From contig CAWCTR010000021.1 of NCBI GenBank assembly GCA_963798485.1, positions 207,096-271,095 of the forward strand: a stretch of 64,000 bases of DNA, given 5' to 3'. The first letter of the stretch is position 1, and the number at the start of each line of letters is the position of its first letter. Under the pieces are notes generated by a model. The model did not search any database. It saw only the letters and a program-made list of their open reading frames with translations, and was not told the origin of the DNA. The translations under genes were made by a program, and so were the position numbers. This document shows, piece after piece, positions 29,186-38,265 of the stretch. The DNA comes from an uncultured delta proteobacterium (GTDB lineage Bacteria > Desulfobacterota > Desulfomonilia > UBA1062).

Positions 29186-29475
29186 CTTTCTCTCCTTTTA
29201 AGAATACCTTCGTTAATATAATTTGTGATGATTTCATTAAAATCACTTTTCCCCTCTGCTTCATTGACGTTAAAACTGCTCAGAAAACCTTTTAAAATGC
29301 TCTGAAGGGGTATGTTCTCCGCAATCTGCTCGAGGATCCAATAGGAGGTTTCATTCAGAGTATAATGTTCCCCTGTGTCAATATTGAAGACCCAGTATTT
29401 CCCGAGCTCCCCAATTTTTTGAAGAAAAATATTGTCCTGCAATACAAACGAATCGATCTCTTTTATTTCCAGCAT
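29182..29475 (-). CDS. PqqD-family RiPP recognition element (RRE)
   Basis: VFNIDTGEHYTLNETSYWILEQI...FNVNEAEGKSDFNEIITNYINEGIL pattern; 97 aa. Confidence 0.88.
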   Translation of the reverse strand: MLEIKEIDSFVLQDNIFLQKIGELGKYWVFNIDTGEHYTLNETSYWILEQIAENIPLQSILKGFLSSFNVNEAEGKSDFNEIITNYINEGILKRRER

Positions 29476-30488
29476 TGAGTGTCCTCTGCAAGGTAATCAC
29501 CGGTTGCAGTGAAAGCTGAGGCCCTGCATCCCCGGCAAGCAGCTAAAAATTCACATCCGGAGCATTTACCTTTAATGTTCTTGGGATTTCTTATGTCCCA
29601 TAGAACTTTGGACGTATACCACACCTTATAAAAGCTATCATTAAGGGCGTTCCCTATGGGGATCGGTAATCGCCGGCATGGGAGAATTGTGCCATCATGC
29701 ATAATGGTTAATGCGTTCGTGCCTGCAGAACACATGGCGCCTACAGTGGGATCATGTCCGTTAAGAAGACTAAAGAGGGGGCGGTATAATAAGATACGCG
29801 GTTTTTTCTGTTTCAATGCCCGGGTATAAATCTTGGTGAATATCTGTTTCAGCTGAACCGATGAAAGAAATTGATCCTCCAGACCAGCCCCTTTCCCCTC
29901 AGGGATAAATCGCTCGGCTGCAAATGTATCGACCCCTTCTTTTTCTAACAGATCAATCACGGGATCAAACTCATCTTTATTGAAATTGCTGATCGTCATC
30001 ATGACAGCTATTTGAAAATCATTTTTCTTTAGCAATCGAATGGCATCAAGCGCCTTTTGAAAACTGCCGGAGCCCCTGATCTGATCATTAATATGGGGCG
30101 ACGATCCTTCGAGAGAGAGCTGTATCCGCCTCAGTTTTTTCAGACTCTTCAAGTCGCCAAGAATATCTTCATGAATAAAGCACCCATTGGTCAGGATATC
30201 GAAATGATGCACAGATTGAAGTGTATCAATATGATTCAGAAGGGAAAACATTTTGTCTTGAACAACAAATGGCTCACCGCCGGTGATGGATAATGTCCCC
30301 TTCTTGTTCCATTTTCTTAATGTGTCATCTATTTCATCTGCCACAATAATGAGTTTATCCAGGCTCAGCTCGTTATCTGATGAATACTTGTCATGATAGC
30401 AGTGTTTGCATCTAAGGTTGCACCTTTCAGTGATGTGCCACTGAAAATAGAATTCTTCATCTATGTTTAATTCATCAAACTGATTCAT
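29463..30488 (-). CDS. Radical SAM enzyme with SPASM domain
   Basis: CNLRCKHC, TGGEP, LTNG; seven-Cys SPASM pattern Cx12Gx4C...Cx2Cx5Cx2Cx17C. Confidence 0.92.
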   Translation of the reverse strand: MNQFDELNIDEEFYFQWHITERCNLRCKHCYHDKYSSDNELSLDKLIIVADEIDDTLRKWNKKGTLSITGGEPFVVQDKMFSLLNHIDTLQSVHHFDILTNGCFIHEDILGDLKSLKKLRRIQLSLEGSSPHINDQIRGSGSFQKALDAIRLLKKNDFQIAVMMTISNFNKDEFDPVIDLLEKEGVDTFAAERFIPEGKGAGLEDQFLSSVQLKQIFTKIYTRALKQKKPRILLYRPLFSLLNGHDPTVGAMCSAGTNALTIMHDGTILPCRRLPIPIGNALNDSFYKVWYTSKVLWDIRNPKNIKGKCSGCEFLAACRGCRASAFTATGDYLAEDTQCWK

Positions 30489-30684
30489 CTCTTCATAAAG
30501 TTATGACAGGATCTAATTCCATCTAATTTTATTGGTGCAGAGATAGCACAACTCAATCAAAATTAATATCAAAAGAAATTGTATTAAAAACCTAGCACAT
30601 CATCTATCAAATTGATAATACATAATTTTATCTGATTTCCTGATCGTATTTTTAATGTACTTTTAGGATTCAATCACCAGCTGA

Positions 30685-32130
30685 TCATGGTTCGAACTTT
30701 GGATCAGGGCATTCAGGGTATGTCGGAGGAAGAGGCCTGCATGCCGGCAGCTCCTCGATAACTCGCATGGACTTCCACTTCCCCTGAAGGAAACGTCCAA
30801 AGAAGGCAAATCCCAGAATAGTCACATAGGCAGTGGCACTATACCAAGCCGCCATTAACCCAAACCCGAGAACCGTGATGGCTATATAGGTTGGAATGAC
30901 GAGAATGAAGGCAGAGACCAGAACGTTCATGTACATGACGAAGCGTGTGTCCCCTGCTCCCTTTATGGCATATGCAAAGATAACATTCATGGTATCAAAG
31001 ACAGAGTAAAATGCCACAAACCTGAGCAGCATTATACTGAGGCGTTCAATCTCGGTATATGCCCCTGCATGAGCATGCGCAGCAAAGGGTGCTACAAGAA
31101 CACCAGGCACCACCACGAAAAGGATCGCGATGGTACTCATATAGATAAACGTCATACCGAATCCCGAATATACGCTTCTGGCGGCAATGGCAGGCCGGTT
31201 TTTGCCAAGATACTGCCCCACGAGAACAGATACCGCAATGCCGACCCCAATCATGGGCATGAAGGCAAGCGTGTTGATGTTGAATGCTATGTTTGTTGCA
31301 GCAAGGCTTACTGTGCCAAGACGCCCAAGGATCAGTACAAATACTGTGAACCCTACCATATCGAGGAAGAACTGCACCCCTGACGGAACTCCGAATTTAA
31401 GCAGTCGCACGAACAGCTCCCTCTCTGGTTTCCAACCTGAGATAGTATGATAGACTGCATCGTAGGAAGGATGAGCAATAAGTGCCACATAGGCCAAGAA
31501 GGAAAAGCTCCCAGAGATAACCGCAGCAATGGCTGCACCTTTCATCCCCATCTCAGCGAACCCCCACTTTCCGAAGATGAGCATGTAACCCAGAACGAGA
31601 TTGACAGCGGTGGCGAGCACATTTACCCACATGACAGGCCAGGGCTTCCCCCTGCCAGAGAAGAATCCGGCCAAGGCGGAGGCGGCTATCACCGGGAAGC
31701 CGCCAAGGCAGAGGTACTGGAAATAAACCACTTCATTTTTCTGCACTGCAGGGTCATGACCTACAAAGGCAAAAAAAGGCCCGGCAAACGGGATCAGGCA
31801 TAAGATAATCAGACCCCCGATAAGTGACAAGTAGATGCCCTGCCACAGGGCCGGGCCGATCCTGTCATATCTTCGGGCGCCATAGTATTGTGCCACAAAG
31901 GTGTTCACATAACTCGCAGTCCCGATGAAAAAGCTCATGACTGCGAAGTTCACCATACTTGAGGGCATGGCTGCGGCTATGGTCTCAGGTGAATACCAGG
32001 AAAGAAACATCCGGTCCACGAAGTGCTGGATAGACCAAGAGCCGGTGCTGAGCACCAGCGGGAAGGCGAGCACGAGCACTTCCCGGACTCCACCTTGGCC
32101 TGACCATCTTTCTTTTAAGTAATTATTCAT
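30685..32130 (-). CDS. MATE-family efflux transporter
   Basis: FVDRMFL, VAQYYGA, GAAIA, VLVGQYLG, KGAGDT; likely start MNNYLKE at 32130. Confidence 0.9.
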   Translation of the reverse strand: MNNYLKERWSGQGGVREVLVLAFPLVLSTGSWSIQHFVDRMFLSWYSPETIAAAMPSSMVNFAVMSFFIGTASYVNTFVAQYYGARRYDRIGPALWQGIYLSLIGGLIILCLIPFAGPFFAFVGHDPAVQKNEVVYFQYLCLGGFPVIAASALAGFFSGRGKPWPVMWVNVLATAVNLVLGYMLIFGKWGFAEMGMKGAAIAAVISGSFSFLAYVALIAHPSYDAVYHTISGWKPERELFVRLLKFGVPSGVQFFLDMVGFTVFVLILGRLGTVSLAATNIAFNINTLAFMPMIGVGIAVSVLVGQYLGKNRPAIAARSVYSGFGMTFIYMSTIAILFVVVPGVLVAPFAAHAHAGAYTEIERLSIMLLRFVAFYSVFDTMNVIFAYAIKGAGDTRFVMYMNVLVSAFILVIPTYIAITVLGFGLMAAWYSATAYVTILGFAFFGRFLQGKWKSMRVIEELPACRPLPPTYPECPDPKFEP

Positions 32131-32322
32131 GTGAATACCATGTCCGGGATATGTAAGCTCATCGGTGATGAATTCATAGCACGACCGAAATACTTTGGAA
32201 ATTGCCAGGACATGATTCGGACTTGATTCATTCCCTATCATCAATTAAGAATGAACCTCACAAGCTTGTTTCTCCATCAAAAGTGCATCCATGTGAATAG
32301 GGCTATACAAAGGAGTATGATA

Positions 32323-32556
32323 ATGGCTGTGAGTTTTGATCAAGTTGAAAAGGCACTCGAAAAGACCCGCACCGTACTCAAGAGTGACGGCGGAAATGTT
32401 GAACTCGTAGATGTCTCACCAGATGGAATTGTACAGGTTCGGCTTAAGGGTGCATGTAACGGATGTCCTATGGCCACCATGACACTCAAGTCTCTCATCG
32501 AAAGGGTAATCAAGAAAGAGGTGCCTGAGGTCAAGGAAGTGAAGGCTGTGGCTTAG
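32323..32556 (+). CDS. NifU/NfuA C-terminal domain protein
   Basis: DGGNVELV, GACNGCP; AGGAG RBS. Confidence 0.88.
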   Translation: MAVSFDQVEKALEKTRTVLKSDGGNVELVDVSPDGIVQVRLKGACNGCPMATMTLKSLIERVIKKEVPEVKEVKAVA

Positions 32557-33572
32557 TGACCATTAAACCCTTCCCCCGTATTGGATCCATCCACTCGCTG
32601 ACGGTTCCCCTACCCGGATTCCCTGCCCTCATCTGCTCCAATATGTTTGTTCTGGGGGATGGCCCCATAACACTCATCGACTGTGCCCCCAAGTTCCCGG
32701 GCTCATTGCTTACTCTGGAGAGGCAACTCCATGAAATCGGCTTTGGTTGGAATGACGTCGAGCGCATCATCATCACCCATGGCCATATCGACCACTTCGG
32801 CCTGGTGGGCCGGATCCGCAACGCCTCCGGACATGCGATCCCCTGCTATATCCACCATGACGATCTGTGGAAACTATCCGGTGATTATCTTAAGAGCGGT
32901 ATGTGGGACGAGGATGCCGACGTCTTCTATGCAAAGATAGGTATGCCTGAACAAACAGTGGAACGGATGAAGCGCCGGTCGCACTTCTTTAAAAATCTCT
33001 GCGATCCGGTAGATGATGCAATCCCTATGAAGGGGGGCGATATCTTCCAGGGTAGCGGGTTCGATCTTCAAGTCATCCACACCCCCGGTCACTCGATAGG
33101 ATGCTGCTGCCTGTATGAGCGGAATCACAAAATCCTTTTCAGCGGCGACCATCTCCTCAAGCACATCACACCCAACCCTTTCCATGAGGTGAACCGTTCC
33201 CGCCTGAGAGACCCTTCATATAAGAGCCTTAAGGCATATATGGAATCTCTTGTGAAACTTGAACATCTCAAAGTAAGCTTCATCTTCCCAGCACATGGAG
33301 AATATATTATCGACCTGGAATCCCTTATAGCAGGCTACCGGAAGCATCATGAGAAACGTACCGAGGAAATATGGCAGACCCTGAAAAATGGGGTGTGTTC
33401 TATCTACGGGCTTATGACAGATGTTTTCCCCGGCATCGAAGAATCCGAGGCCTTCCTTGCTGTCTCTGAGATCCTTGTCCACCTGGAACTCCTGATTGAG
33501 GCAGGCAAGGCCGAACTTGTAGGGGAAGGGCCGCCTGCACTCTTTCACGCAAGCTTAGTCAACACAAATTAG
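32556..33572 (+). CDS. MBL-fold hydrolase with C-terminal winged helix
   Basis: THGHIDH, TPGHS, SGDH, PAHG. Confidence 0.85.
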   Translation: MTIKPFPRIGSIHSLTVPLPGFPALICSNMFVLGDGPITLIDCAPKFPGSLLTLERQLHEIGFGWNDVERIIITHGHIDHFGLVGRIRNASGHAIPCYIHHDDLWKLSGDYLKSGMWDEDADVFYAKIGMPEQTVERMKRRSHFFKNLCDPVDDAIPMKGGDIFQGSGFDLQVIHTPGHSIGCCCLYERNHKILFSGDHLLKHITPNPFHEVNRSRLRDPSYKSLKAYMESLVKLEHLKVSFIFPAHGEYIIDLESLIAGYRKHHEKRTEEIWQTLKNGVCSIYGLMTDVFPGIEESEAFLAVSEILVHLELLIEAGKAELVGEGPPALFHASLVNTN

Positions 33573-33591
33573 TGATCCCAGGGTTGAGGTT

Positions 33592-34200
33592 ATGCCTACT
33601 ATACGAGAAAAAACTCAACACATCATCGAGGACTGGATTGCGCCGCAGAGCCGGGTGCTTGACTTGGGCTGCGGTGACGGCACGCTTTTGAGCCGCCTTA
33701 CGGAAAGGAAGCAGGTTGACGGCATCGGTGTCGAGATTTCCCGGGATATGATCGTGAAGTGTCTGGGCAAGGGCATCAGTGTCTATCAGGCGGACATCGA
33801 CCACGGCCTGTCTCAATGGGACGAGCTCAGCTTCGATTACGTTATTCTCACCGCCACCCTGCAGGTGATCCACAGACCCTATAATGTTATCAATGAGATG
33901 CTCCGGGTGGGGAGATGCGCTGTCATTTCAGTGTCCAACTTTGGTTATGCGGCGAACAGATTGGGTATCATGTTGAAAGGCCGCATGACGGATGATATGA
34001 GGCTCATCGGGGACTGGCACGACACCCCGGTGATTCGATTCGTCTGCCTTAAAGAGTTCATCAGGTCGCTTACGGGAATGGGTATTGATATTCTGGATGC
34101 AAGGTTTTTTCTCCCCTTTGACCTAACAGTGAGAACCAAGATGCCCCTTGATAACCTGATTGTGAAAGAAGCCATCTTTATGCTGGGGCACAATAGATGA
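33592..34200 (+). CDS. metW: Methionine biosynthesis protein MetW
   Basis: VLDLGCGDG, FDYVIL, SNFGY; adjacent to metX. Confidence 0.85.
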   Translation: MPTIREKTQHIIEDWIAPQSRVLDLGCGDGTLLSRLTERKQVDGIGVEISRDMIVKCLGKGISVYQADIDHGLSQWDELSFDYVILTATLQVIHRPYNVINEMLRVGRCAVISVSNFGYAANRLGIMLKGRMTDDMRLIGDWHDTPVIRFVCLKEFIRSLTGMGIDILDARFFLPFDLTVRTKMPLDNLIVKEAIFMLGHNR

Positions 34201-35351
34201 GCACAAGCCCCATTGTTGAGACCAGCATCCTCTCTATCGAGAGGCCTTTCAGGCTGGAATCCGGTGAAATACTCTCAGAGATGAACATTGCCTATGAGAC
34301 CTACGGGGAGCTCAACAAGTCGAAAGACAATGCCATTCTCATTGAACACGCACTTTCAGGCAGCGCCCATGCCGCATTCTGCCATAAGGGCGATACAAAG
34401 CCGGGTTGGTGGGATGTCATGATCGGACCGGGCAAGGCCTTTGACACGGATAAACACTTTATTATCTGTGCAAACGTCATCAGCGGTTGTAATGGAACAA
34501 CCGGGCCATCTTCCGTCAATCCGGCCACGGGCGAGCCCTATGCCCTTACCTTCCCGCCGGTGACCATCCGCGACATGGTGGAGGTACAAAGGCTCCTGCT
34601 CAGCCACCTCGGTATCGAACGTCTTAAAAGCGTTGTGGGAGGTTCCATGGGAGGTATGCAGGCCTTGCAGATCTTCTGTGACTACCCATCGCTGTTTGCT
34701 TCATTCATCTGTATCGCATCCACCATGCGGCACTCGGCCCAGCAGATTGCCTTTAACGAGGTAGGCAGGCGGGCCATCATGGCAGACCCGAGATGGAACG
34801 GTGGCAATTATTACGGGGAAATACCCCCGGAGGGCGGGCTGTCGGTTGCACGGATGATCGGCCATATCACCTATATCTCGGAAAAAATGATGCAAGAAAA
34901 ATTCGGCCGGATTCGCAAGGGCAAAGACTCCAAGGCCGTATTCAGACCATCCTTCGAGGTAGAACACTACCTGGACTACCAAGGCATAGCCTTTGTCCGC
35001 CGGTTCGACGCCAACAGCTATCTTTATATCACAACAGCCATTGATAACTTCGATCTGGTCTCCTCCATCAGCGGCTCTACACGATTACGGGGCGAAAACC
35101 GGGCCAGGGGTAGAGGCTTTGACACATTAAAAAAGAAAAAAGGCCTCGTCATCTCCTTCACCTCAGACTGGCTCTACCCCTCTCAACAATCCCACGACAT
35201 TGTCCGGTTCTTTTCGGGGTTGAATGTACGTGTCTCGTATGCAGAGATCGCGACTGACCACGGCCATGATGCCTTTCTTACGGATTATGGGCAACTCTGT
35301 CTGATAGTGAGCAGCTTTCTAGACTCGCCCAATGAATTAAGCAGATTATAA
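34197..35351 (+). CDS. metX: Homoserine O-acetyltransferase
   Basis: HALSG, GWWD, GGSMGGM, RFDANSY, HGHDAFL. Confidence 0.92.
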   Translation: MSTSPIVETSILSIERPFRLESGEILSEMNIAYETYGELNKSKDNAILIEHALSGSAHAAFCHKGDTKPGWWDVMIGPGKAFDTDKHFIICANVISGCNGTTGPSSVNPATGEPYALTFPPVTIRDMVEVQRLLLSHLGIERLKSVVGGSMGGMQALQIFCDYPSLFASFICIASTMRHSAQQIAFNEVGRRAIMADPRWNGGNYYGEIPPEGGLSVARMIGHITYISEKMMQEKFGRIRKGKDSKAVFRPSFEVEHYLDYQGIAFVRRFDANSYLYITTAIDNFDLVSSISGSTRLRGENRARGRGFDTLKKKKGLVISFTSDWLYPSQQSHDIVRFFSGLNVRVSYAEIATDHGHDAFLTDYGQLCLIVSSFLDSPNELSRL

Positions 35352-35430
35352 TAGCTCAAGTTCTACCCCTTTGATCTTTTCAGGACCGCTGCCGAAAAGA
35401 GTGGTTGGTATGTAAAGGAAGGACAATAAA

Positions 35431-35832
35431 ATGAAGACACTCATTGTTGAAGACGAATTAACGAGCAGGATCATCCTGGAAAAGATCCTGGCACTCTTTG
35501 GGGAAATTCATCTGTGCTATAACGGTAATGAAGCGATTGACGCCTTTCGCTCTATGCTCGATCAGGGTACTCCATTCGACCTGATCTGTATGGACTTCAT
35601 GATGCCCGAGATAGACGGCCATGCCGCACTGACCCAAATCAGGGCCATGGAGAAAGAACGAGGTATTTCTCGTGCCGAAGGGGTAAAGGTCATTATGACT
35701 ACGGGTTTAAGCAATATTGAAACAGAATATGTCGACATTACCTCCATGTGCGATGCGATCCTTCTCAAACCTATCCGCAAGGATGTGCTCCTCAAGTCTC
35801 TTCAGGATCTTGGATATTCAAGGCCCGGTTGA
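35431..35832 (+). CDS. Single-domain response regulator (CheY-like)
   Basis: LIVEDE, CMDFMMPEIDG, MTT, LKP. Confidence 0.88.
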   Translation: MKTLIVEDELTSRIILEKILALFGEIHLCYNGNEAIDAFRSMLDQGTPFDLICMDFMMPEIDGHAALTQIRAMEKERGISRAEGVKVIMTTGLSNIETEYVDITSMCDAILLKPIRKDVLLKSLQDLGYSRPG

Positions 35833-35917
35833 AAACGGACCTGCTGCCTTGTATCACAGGGTTTATGACTAAAAAAGAGATCAGCGGCCGATAACCAATT
35901 CATGCGCTGTCATTTAC

Positions 35918-35990
35918 AAAAAGAAGGAGACGCTTCACTTCTCTGAGCGGAAAATATCCCGCTCAGCAAAGAAGAAACGCCCCCCCTTTT
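35918..35990 (-). terminator. Long GU-rich hairpin with U tract downstream of hup
   Basis: Minus strand GGGGGGGCGTTTC..CTGAGCGG..CCGCTCAG..GAAGCGTCTCCTT-CTTTTT. Confidence 0.55.
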
Positions 35991-36003
35991 ATCAGCGGAG
36001 TTG

Positions 36004-36285
36004 TTACCTGCCTTTATTTACGGTTTCCTTCAGGGCCTTACCTGCCTTAAAGCGAGGAACCTTGCTGGCCTTGATCTTGATCTTCTTCTGGGTGCGCGGG
36101 TTGATTCCTTCGCGTGCAGCCCTCTTGGCAACTTCGAACGTACCGAAGCCTACCAAGGTGACCTTCTCGCCCTTCTTAAGGGCCGCCTTGATGGCATCGA
36201 GAATGGCATCCACCACCGTTGCCGAAGCTACCTTTGACTTGCTTGTCTTTTTTGCAATTGCATCTACCAATTCCGACTTCGTCAT
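36004..36285 (-). CDS. hup: DNA-binding protein HU
   Basis: MTKSELV, GFGTF, GINPRT, FKAGKALK. Confidence 0.93.
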   Translation of the reverse strand: MTKSELVDAIAKKTSKSKVASATVVDAILDAIKAALKKGEKVTLVGFGTFEVAKRAAREGINPRTQKKIKIKASKVPRFKAGKALKETVNKGR

Positions 36286-36413
36286 ACTACATCCCCCTCT
36301 TCTAGATTAAGTATTTTCCTGCTTCCACGTCTCTATAACTACCTGAAAGCAAGTGTTCATCACATTCTTCGGCAAAAGGCTCCTGAAACATTAATTTCTT
36401 TATAAGCTTACAA

Positions 36414-37256
36414 CTATCTCAGCTCCATATTGTCGATGAGTCTTGTGTTTCCTATTTTCACGGCAAGCGCCATAATAGCCTTTGTTTCGATGCGATCGAT
36501 ACATTCCAGGGTATCGGGATGGACAATCTCAACATAGTCTATAACAGCCCCTGGAGTGGATGATATCATGTCGAGAGCCATCTGAGCGATCTTTGAAGTA
36601 TTGTTCTCCCCGTGCTTCACGAGTTCACGCGCCTTATGCAAAGACCTGCTAAGCACAAGTGCATTCTTGCGTTGCTCGGAATTCAGATACTTATTTCTCG
36701 AACTCATGGCCAGACCGTCTTCTTCCCTGACCGTTGGATGTGCAAAGATCTTTACATTCATATTGAGGTCATCAACCATGCGTTTGATAACCGTGAGCTG
36801 CTGGTAGTCCTTTTGACCGAAGACCGCAACATCAGGCTCGATGATGTTGAAGAGCTTGGCAACCACTGTTGTTACTCCGCGGAAATGGGTCGGTCTGGCT
36901 ATACCGCAAAGTTTGCCGGTAATGCCTTCCACATTGACATACGTTGCATACCCTTGAGGGTACATCTCCTGTACATCAGGGAAGAAGATGCATTCTACGC
37001 CGACGCCATCCGAGAGATTCCTGTCATTCTCCAAGTCACGGGGGTACGTAGAAAGGTCTTCATCAACTCCGAATTGGGTGGGATTCACAAAAATGCTGAT
37101 AACGAGGTGGTCCGCAAGGGTCTTGCCCATCCGCATGAGGTCGAGGTGACCCTTATGGAGATAACCCATGGTGGGCACGAGACATATGGTCTCTCCACGC
37201 TGTTTTATGCCTTTAACATAAGTCTTTATGCCTCGGATCGTGGTGATGAGTTCCAT
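36414..37256 (-). CDS. panC: Pantoate--beta-alanine ligase
   Basis: PTMGYLHKGH, FVNPTQF, FGQKDYQQ, AMSSRN, RLIDN. Confidence 0.95.
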   Translation of the reverse strand: MELITTIRGIKTYVKGIKQRGETICLVPTMGYLHKGHLDLMRMGKTLADHLVISIFVNPTQFGVDEDLSTYPRDLENDRNLSDGVGVECIFFPDVQEMYPQGYATYVNVEGITGKLCGIARPTHFRGVTTVVAKLFNIIEPDVAVFGQKDYQQLTVIKRMVDDLNMNVKIFAHPTVREEDGLAMSSRNKYLNSEQRKNALVLSRSLHKARELVKHGENNTSKIAQMALDMISSTPGAVIDYVEIVHPDTLECIDRIETKAIMALAVKIGNTRLIDNMELR

Positions 37257-37269
37257 CCTCAGACGTCTC

Positions 37270-38073
37270 CTAGCTTTTGAAACAGTGTTCTTCATCCGGG
37301 AACTCACCGTTTCTCACCTCTTTGGAATAGGCATTCACCGCATCTTTGATGATATCATACAGGCCGGCATAACGCTTTACGAATTTGGGTTTAAAGTCTT
37401 TGTTCATACCCAGAAGGTCCTGGATCACCAGGACCTGCCCGTCGCAATACGGCCCTGCTCCTATGCCGATGGTAGGTATGGAAAGGGCCTCGGATACCTC
37501 TTTGGCTACAAGTGTCGGGACACATTCAAGCACAAGGGAGAACGCCCCTGCATCTTGAAGCAGGAGGGCATTTTCCTTCAAGAGCTTCGCCGCATCTTCT
37601 CCCCTGCCCTGCACCTTGTAGCCGCCGAAGGCATGGATTGATTGCGGGGTGAGCCCCAGGTGGCCCATCACCGGGATATCGGCCTTCACAATGGCCTTTA
37701 CCTGCTCGATTACCCGCTGCCCGCCTTCGAGTTTTATTGCCTGGGCGCCCGCCTCCTGGAGAAAACGCCCTGCATTGCGGACAGCGTCAGCGACGCTGGT
37801 CTGGTAGGAGAGGAATGGCATATCGGCAACTACGAGGGCCTTGGGCTTCGTATTGGTGACGCTTTTTACAAAAAGGAGCATCATGTCCATGGTAGCGCCT
37901 AAGGTATTGTCGAGTCCTGCCATCACCATACCTGCAGAGTCGCCTACAAGGATGGTATCTATATCGGCATCGTCTACAATGCGGGCCATGGTCGCATCGT
38001 AGGAGGTGACCATGACGATAGGCTGCTTGCCTTTCTTGCCGAGGATGTCCAGAACCGTGACAGACTTCTTCAT
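37270..38073 (-). CDS. panB: 3-methyl-2-oxobutanoate hydroxymethyltransferase
   Basis: LVGDS, DMPF, KLEGG, GHLGLTPQ, GIGAG. Confidence 0.95.
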   Translation of the reverse strand: MKKSVTVLDILGKKGKQPIVMVTSYDATMARIVDDADIDTILVGDSAGMVMAGLDNTLGATMDMMLLFVKSVTNTKPKALVVADMPFLSYQTSVADAVRNAGRFLQEAGAQAIKLEGGQRVIEQVKAIVKADIPVMGHLGLTPQSIHAFGGYKVQGRGEDAAKLLKENALLLQDAGAFSLVLECVPTLVAKEVSEALSIPTIGIGAGPYCDGQVLVIQDLLGMNKDFKPKFVKRYAGLYDIIKDAVNAYSKEVRNGEFPDEEHCFKS

Positions 38074-38265
38074 ACCTCACCTTCCTCTAAACCATTGGTA
38101 CACTTGATTCTGTAAACGATCAAGGAAATTTTCATAGAAAGCACCTGTAAGCTGGAAAAAGGCATTTTCTTGAAAGTGGGCACGAATTGGGCTAAAACAC
38201 AAATGCTCTCAGGGATGGGTATTGATGATATTCATAAAAACAAAAAAGATCTTAAAGGTAATCCT

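Noticed and set aside
23127-29475. Lasso peptide cluster (YxxPxL leader + RRE + AsnB homolog)
   Set aside because: No transglutaminase-like B2 leader peptidase is present, the AsnB keeps its glutaminase Cys, and the genes coupled to the precursor are the RRE and a SPASM rSAM.
29463-30488. Heme biosynthesis AhbC/AhbD/NirJ or PqqE
   Set aside because: The fold family is similar, but no ahb/nir/pqqBC genes are nearby, and it is coupled to an RRE and a Cys-rich peptide that lacks the PqqA ExxxY motif.
30685-32244. MATE transporter as the RiPP exporter
   Set aside because: It is adjacent and co-oriented, but has backbone-like composition and is separated by a ~200-nt AT-rich gap; not excluded, but unsupported.
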